The translations under genes were made by a program, and so were the position numbers. From NCBI GenBank assembly GCA_963664875.1, contig OY761611.1, forward strand, positions 3,232,001 through 3,296,000: a DNA stretch of 64,000 bases, in the 5' to 3' direction. The notes beneath the pieces are model-generated. The model saw only the letters and a list, made by a program, of their open reading frames with translations. It searched no databases and was not told the origin of the DNA. The stretch is from Candidatus Kapaibacterium sp. Its GTDB lineage: Bacteria; Bacteroidota; Ignavibacteria; Kapaibacteriales; UBA2268. Shown here piece by piece: positions 59,440 to 64,000 of this stretch (positions are counted from its first letter, which is position 1; the number at the start of each line of letters is the position of its first letter).

Positions 59440-61073
59440 TGAGAACTCTACTTTTTGCATTTATTTGCGTTATATTTTTGGGTGTGGCTGCGACTTCCAA
59501 AGAAAAAAAATCAGTCTATTTTGAAAAGATCCCTAAGGCGTATTTAGAAAACAATAAATCAGTGAGAGTGGAAGTACTAAAGTTTGCACCTACTCTTGAA
59601 AACTATAATACAATAGTAGGTTTAATTGAGAAAGGTGACACCAATAATATTTCATATCTGTGTTCAATTCTTGATTCAAATAAATCTATCAAAATGGTAC
59701 CGGCAATCATGCGAATTGTAGATGACCATAGATTAGCATACACAACCTTTAGTATGTGGGATGGACCATCCGGTTCAGGTACATTTGAAGACGAGTACTA
59801 TGTTTCAACCCTAATGATTGCTATTTTGGAAAAGATATACCATTTCAAATTTGTTTATGATGAAGAACATGAGACTATAAGGAAAGAACCAAATACTTAT
59901 TTCCATTCTCATGTAGTTAGAAAACGCAAACAAATTGCTGCTGCCTGGAAAAAGCTGTGGCAAACAAATGGTAGGAACTACAAAAACTGGGGACAAGAAT
60001 TTTACAAAGATAAACTGAAAGAATTGCAAAATTCAGATTATGTAGAATATTATCAATTGAATTTTATTGTAGAGTCTCCTTATAGAAGAACAAAAGATAC
60101 AACTATATGGAAATCATTACTTCCAAAAATTAAGAATGATGGTTTTTTATATTTAAAAACTGATGATATATTCAAAGTTGAGACAATGGAGCAGTTAGAG
60201 CACTTGATTTTTGATAAGCAAAGCTTTATTGAGATGTTTAAGTATATATCTGATTCCAAAAGTATTTCCTTTGAAATAATACAAAAAGCTTTACAGGTTT
60301 ATGCTGATAATGAACAAGGGGAGATTATCACTGCTCTGCTGACCCATGAAGTAATCAAAACTGCAATTATGGAAAATCCTAAAAGAAGCTTTTTCACAGA
60401 TTCTTATATCTTAGATAAAATCAAGGCTTATCGAAAAAATCCGACCCAAACTGATGCATTCTTTGATTTGCTTTATTTAGCTAACAGAGAGGACAATCCT
60501 CAATACTTTATAGCAATGTCTCAAATGAAATTTTCAGAAAAATTAAGCTACATCTTAGATACCCTAAAAGATAAATTGCAGAATAGAGCCGGGATTAAAC
60601 TGATAGAGTCAGCTACATACGAGGATTTGATATTCATTTTTAAAAATACTTCAGATGTGTACAAAATTTGTTTATCTAAAAGTGTATTTGAAACACTTTC
60701 ATTTTCTATTGGGATTCCATTGTATAAATATAATCATAACGATATTCCTACTATACTTAGAATTCTCGAAAGATACGATGAAGAGCTTCTGTATAAACGC
60801 TATGCAAAGCGTATTTACCCTAAACTATACAATGGTGATAAACTCAACTATGAACTTGTAGGAAAAGAGCTGAAATCCCCTTTGAAGTACGAATATAATG
60901 ATGTGCTTGAATTTTCGCCTGTCTTTACTCTTATCAGAGCATTGGAGGTAGAGCACAACACAAGACTGGGCTATTCATATCAATTCCCAAGGTATGATGC
61001 TAAACAAGTGCAAAGTAGAATTGATGCATGGTTGAAGTATTTGGAAGAGAAAGGTTTGATAAACAGGAATTAA
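59439..61073 (+). CDS. Secreted hypothetical protein, paralog 2
   Basis: TAATG overlap with paralog 1; near-identical signal peptide; same family motifs. Confidence 0.8.
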   Translation: MRTLLFAFICVIFLGVAATSKEKKSVYFEKIPKAYLENNKSVRVEVLKFAPTLENYNTIVGLIEKGDTNNISYLCSILDSNKSIKMVPAIMRIVDDHRLAYTTFSMWDGPSGSGTFEDEYYVSTLMIAILEKIYHFKFVYDEEHETIRKEPNTYFHSHVVRKRKQIAAAWKKLWQTNGRNYKNWGQEFYKDKLKELQNSDYVEYYQLNFIVESPYRRTKDTTIWKSLLPKIKNDGFLYLKTDDIFKVETMEQLEHLIFDKQSFIEMFKYISDSKSISFEIIQKALQVYADNEQGEIITALLTHEVIKTAIMENPKRSFFTDSYILDKIKAYRKNPTQTDAFFDLLYLANREDNPQYFIAMSQMKFSEKLSYILDTLKDKLQNRAGIKLIESATYEDLIFIFKNTSDVYKICLSKSVFETLSFSIGIPLYKYNHNDIPTILRILERYDEELLYKRYAKRIYPKLYNGDKLNYELVGKELKSPLKYEYNDVLEFSPVFTLIRALEVEHNTRLGYSYQFPRYDAKQVQSRIDAWLKYLEEKGLINRN

Positions 61074-61077
61074 AAGC

Positions 61078-62796
61078 ATGAAATACATATTCACCATATT
61101 TGTTTTCTTATTACTATCAATATCACACTCCTCTGCTGAAAAATCTAAAGATATTTATTTTGATAAGATACCGGCTGAATTGCTCACTAATCTTAAATAT
61201 GAAGATGTATGCAAACTCAAATTTGCAAAGACTCTTGAAAATTATAATCTTATTGTGGATTCAATAAAAGCTGCAGAAGAAAATTCGTCAGATCTCTTGT
61301 TTCTATGTTCCCTGCTTGACAGCAATGCAAGTTTTGAAATGATACCCGCTATTATAAAAATTGTAGATGACAATAAGAGCAATGCTAGTGATGGTATTTA
61401 CTGTTTTACGTGGTTTGTACCAGATACTGTAAATACAGTTTCAAATAATATAATACACTTGCTGGAAAACTTCTATTGTTTTCGTTATAATTATAATGAA
61501 GAATTTGGCACTGTCACTAAAGAACCCGCCAATTCATATAAATGGAAACAATATGATTCATTAGTAGCACCTTATTGGAAGAAGCTTTGGGAAAATGACA
61601 GTATTAACTATAGAAATTGGGGGAAATCCTTTTATGATGAAACCTTGCTAAAAATGCAGGAAGCAGATTCTTTGGATTTTTCTGAGTTAAACTACATACT
61701 TGAGACTAAGTATCGACAAGACAAAGACTCCTCTATCTGGAAAAACTTCTTAAGTAAAATTAAGGCTTCCAGAGTTTTTTATTTGAGCACAGATAGCATT
61801 TTTAAAGTAGATTCACTAGCTCAGATAGAGCACCTTATGAATTGCAAAGATATGTTCTCTCGTATTTTTAGGTATCTGAGTGATTATAATCAGGTTCAGT
61901 TTGAAAAAATATATCCAGCATTACAGCAGTATAACGAAGTGGATCAAGGTGAGATTATTAGTGAGATATTAGAGTATGAAGTAATACGCACAGCAATAAT
62001 AAAAAAACCGGACAGAACCATATTTACCAATCAATACATACAAAATATGGTAAAAGAGTATAGGAATCACTACTCTCAAATTGTTAATTCAGATAAGTCT
62101 TTTGCCCAGGGCAAAACAGAGTTGGACAGGAGAAGTGGTAGTTATGTAAGAGGATATAATGTCTATAATGATCCGCTTTACTTTCTAGATATGCAAGACA
62201 TGAATTATGAGCAGCAATTAGAGTTTATTATTTCAAAACTCAAGAAGCGAGAGCAAAGAAAGTGTTTGTCAAAATTACTAGATACTACTAAATTCAAAAA
62301 CTTAGTTACAATTTGTAAATATGCAAAAGAAATCGATACCGTTGATAATATTGAATTTATTATGGATGGGTTGTCTGTTAAATTAGGTATTCCACTTATT
62401 AGGTATTCAATCGATAATATAAGTTCTTTAGAAAATATTTGTTCCAATAAGACAGATGAAGAAATCATAAATTATTTTGCAGTTGACTTATACCCTGAGT
62501 TATTCAATAATCAAAAATTGAATTATAAGCTAATATCTAAAGAATTGGAATCGGTTTTGGTGCAAAATAATGAGAAATATAAATTAGATGCAACTCAATA
62601 TGCCTGGAGTAATTCTATATTGAGGTTTATTGAATACTCTCCTATCCTAACACTAATCAGAATCCTCGAACTCGAGCACAACACAAGTCTCGGCTTTGAG
62701 TATATATTTAACAGGTATAATCCTGAAAAGCTTCAAAGCCGAATAAATGCTTGGGTAGAATATTTAGAGGAAAAGGGATTGATACACAGGAACTAA
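61078..62796 (+). CDS. Secreted hypothetical protein, paralog 3
   Basis: Distinct signal peptide; same family motifs; ends SRINAWVEYLEEKGLIHRN. Confidence 0.8.
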   Translation: MKYIFTIFVFLLLSISHSSAEKSKDIYFDKIPAELLTNLKYEDVCKLKFAKTLENYNLIVDSIKAAEENSSDLLFLCSLLDSNASFEMIPAIIKIVDDNKSNASDGIYCFTWFVPDTVNTVSNNIIHLLENFYCFRYNYNEEFGTVTKEPANSYKWKQYDSLVAPYWKKLWENDSINYRNWGKSFYDETLLKMQEADSLDFSELNYILETKYRQDKDSSIWKNFLSKIKASRVFYLSTDSIFKVDSLAQIEHLMNCKDMFSRIFRYLSDYNQVQFEKIYPALQQYNEVDQGEIISEILEYEVIRTAIIKKPDRTIFTNQYIQNMVKEYRNHYSQIVNSDKSFAQGKTELDRRSGSYVRGYNVYNDPLYFLDMQDMNYEQQLEFIISKLKKREQRKCLSKLLDTTKFKNLVTICKYAKEIDTVDNIEFIMDGLSVKLGIPLIRYSIDNISSLENICSNKTDEEIINYFAVDLYPELFNNQKLNYKLISKELESVLVQNNEKYKLDATQYAWSNSILRFIEYSPILTLIRILELEHNTSLGFEYIFNRYNPEKLQSRINAWVEYLEEKGLIHRN

Positions 62797-63587
62797 AAAC
62801 TATATACCATACCCACTGCACCGGGAACAGCGTAGAAAGACAAAGAATTGGATTTATTTTTATCTTTTTCGTGTGCATTGAGAACTGCTAAACCACTTAG
62901 TGTGCCTATTGCTGCTCCCAAAACTACATCGCTGAACCAGTGTCGGTTTTTGTACATTCTTGCGTAAGCGGTGGAGGCAGATAGTCCGTAAGCTCCTATA
63001 TAAGCCCACCAGCGGTCTATCCTTCCGGCAATTACTGACGATATAGCAAAAGCAATGGTTGTATGTCCAGATGGAAAGGAGTTGAAATCATCATCAAATT
63101 CGAAATACTGAAAATTGTAATTGTCATCCTGATTTGTGGGTCTTGCTCTTCCGAGTATAATTTTAAGCGAACCGGTAACAGCCCCTGCTAGAAGTATAGA
63201 TTCTCCAACCATTCTACCGGTAACTCTGACATATTCGTCGCCCGCAATCAAACCATATAAGTAAGTGCCACCCGAAAAAACGGCAGCACTCGTTTTTAAT
63301 CCGTAATTATCTACGAAATCAATATAGTCACTTGTAAACTTCGAAGTGTTTCGAAGTGAAAAGTCCTGCACTTGCTGATCTGCCGACATAGCAGCTAAGC
63401 TGATTAGAGCACTTCCACCAAGGTAGTATAGCTCATTTGCAGAATTGCTGCAGAGCGATTTCCCGATTCGTACATAATCATTCCCTATGCCTTTTATGTC
63501 CTGCCATAAAATAGAATCGAGTTCGGCAGAGAGGGCAGACACGGCAAATGATACAAAAAAGCTAAATACTATTATATATCTTTTCAA
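62793..63587 (-). CDS. PAP2-family phosphatase
   Basis: KIILGRARP, SFPSGHT, ARMYKNRHWFSDV; its 3' end overlaps paralog 3 by 4 nt. Confidence 0.9.
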   Translation of the reverse strand: MKRYIIVFSFFVSFAVSALSAELDSILWQDIKGIGNDYVRIGKSLCSNSANELYYLGGSALISLAAMSADQQVQDFSLRNTSKFTSDYIDFVDNYGLKTSAAVFSGGTYLYGLIAGDEYVRVTGRMVGESILLAGAVTGSLKIILGRARPTNQDDNYNFQYFEFDDDFNSFPSGHTTIAFAISSVIAGRIDRWWAYIGAYGLSASTAYARMYKNRHWFSDVVLGAAIGTLSGLAVLNAHEKDKNKSNSLSFYAVPGAVGMVYSF

Positions 63588-63809
63588 GTTTTATTCCTAT
63601 TTTTGAGATGTCTGATACTTTAGTATTTCTTTTGTTCGATATTTTGGTCTATCAAGAGATAGACGAGTGAGAATGTCGCTAAAGAAAAATGACTATATTT
63701 ATTTTGTACTCTGGCTTTGACGTTTAAGACAGCTTCTATATATTGCTATTTGTTACGCGTCAGTCTGAGTAGCTGAAACAACTTAATTTACAAAAAAAAT
63801 TGAAATAAT

Positions 63810-63817
63810 TATATTTG
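63810..63817 (+). promoter_or_regulatory. -7 promoter box (TATATTTG)
   Basis: TAnnTTTG 12 nt before ATG 63830. Confidence 0.4.
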
Positions 63818-63829
63818 GGATATTTACCT

Positions 63830-64000
63830 ATGAAACTATTTGAGTCAGTATTCAGAGATATAAACATTATAGTGCAAAAAGGTTCAGTGCCAAGCCACAT
63901 TAATAAGGTATGCTATGATTCTCGTAAGTGCGATAAAGGTGATGTCTTTGTTGCTATGCACGGAGAGCTCACAGATGGCCATCTTTTCATTGATAAAGCC
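63830..64000 (+). CDS. murE: Mur ligase N-terminus, probably MurE (3'-truncated by window edge; not in ORF track)
   Basis: My translation: MKLFESVFRDINIIVQKGSVPSHINKVCYDSRKCDKGDVFVAMHGELTDGHLFIDKA (YDSR..GDVFVA..G..DGH.FI..A). Confidence 0.75.
   Translation, partial: MKLFESVFRDINIIVQKGSVPSHINKVCYDSRKCDKGDVFVAMHGELTDGHLFIDKA

Noticed and set aside
499-62468. Remaining short ORF-track entries overlapping longer genes
   Set aside because: Shadow ORFs on the opposite strand or in alternative frames of well-supported genes, with no independent evidence.
55821-62796. Diversity-generating retroelement (TR/VR) explanation for the near-identical repeats
   Set aside because: Mismatches are not confined to adenines in one copy, all copies are coding, and no reverse transcriptase is in the window.

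Overview
AT-rich (roughly 35-40% GC by eye) bacterial chromosome segment from the FCB superphylum, probably Kapabacteria/Ignavibacteria-like. The basis is T9SS C-terminal sorting domains, Gln-initiated mature secreted proteins and TAnnTTTG promoter boxes. Housekeeping genes (TlpA, rsmD, OGG2-type glycosylase, PepSY, SemiSWEET, rlmL-like, a biotin carboxyltransferase, nadE, rnhA, RND pump, PAP2, murE) surround several accessory loci. The most striking is a roughly 24 kb co-oriented locus (10.0-34.6 kb): a NarL-type regulator, an S74-chaperoned fibre, a 4262-aa beta-helix/Ig repeat protein, a 762-aa one-module protein with strong expression signals, a 699-aa protein ending in a dockerin-like motif, a cohesin-like T9SS-sorted protein, a WD40 T9SS protein and an OmpA-family protein. 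The 4262-aa and 762-aa proteins end in the same motif (NDGxxQxC[N/D]-stop), and the 762-aa and 699-aa proteins begin with matching uncapped beta-helix rungs. I infer a head-to-tail, possibly disulfide-locked beta-helical surface filament anchored by a dockerin-cohesin-T9SS adaptor; this is a hypothesis from sequence only. Other oddities: an abrupt codon/strand-composition switch inside an 1853-aa T9SS gene, a three-gene paralog array with patchily identical ends, a degenerate CHASE kinase, a catalytically dead M1 peptidase, an RNase HI with a PUR-like tail, and a small MITE-like element carrying nested palindromes. No rRNA, tRNA, CRISPR array, transposase or reverse transcriptase was seen.
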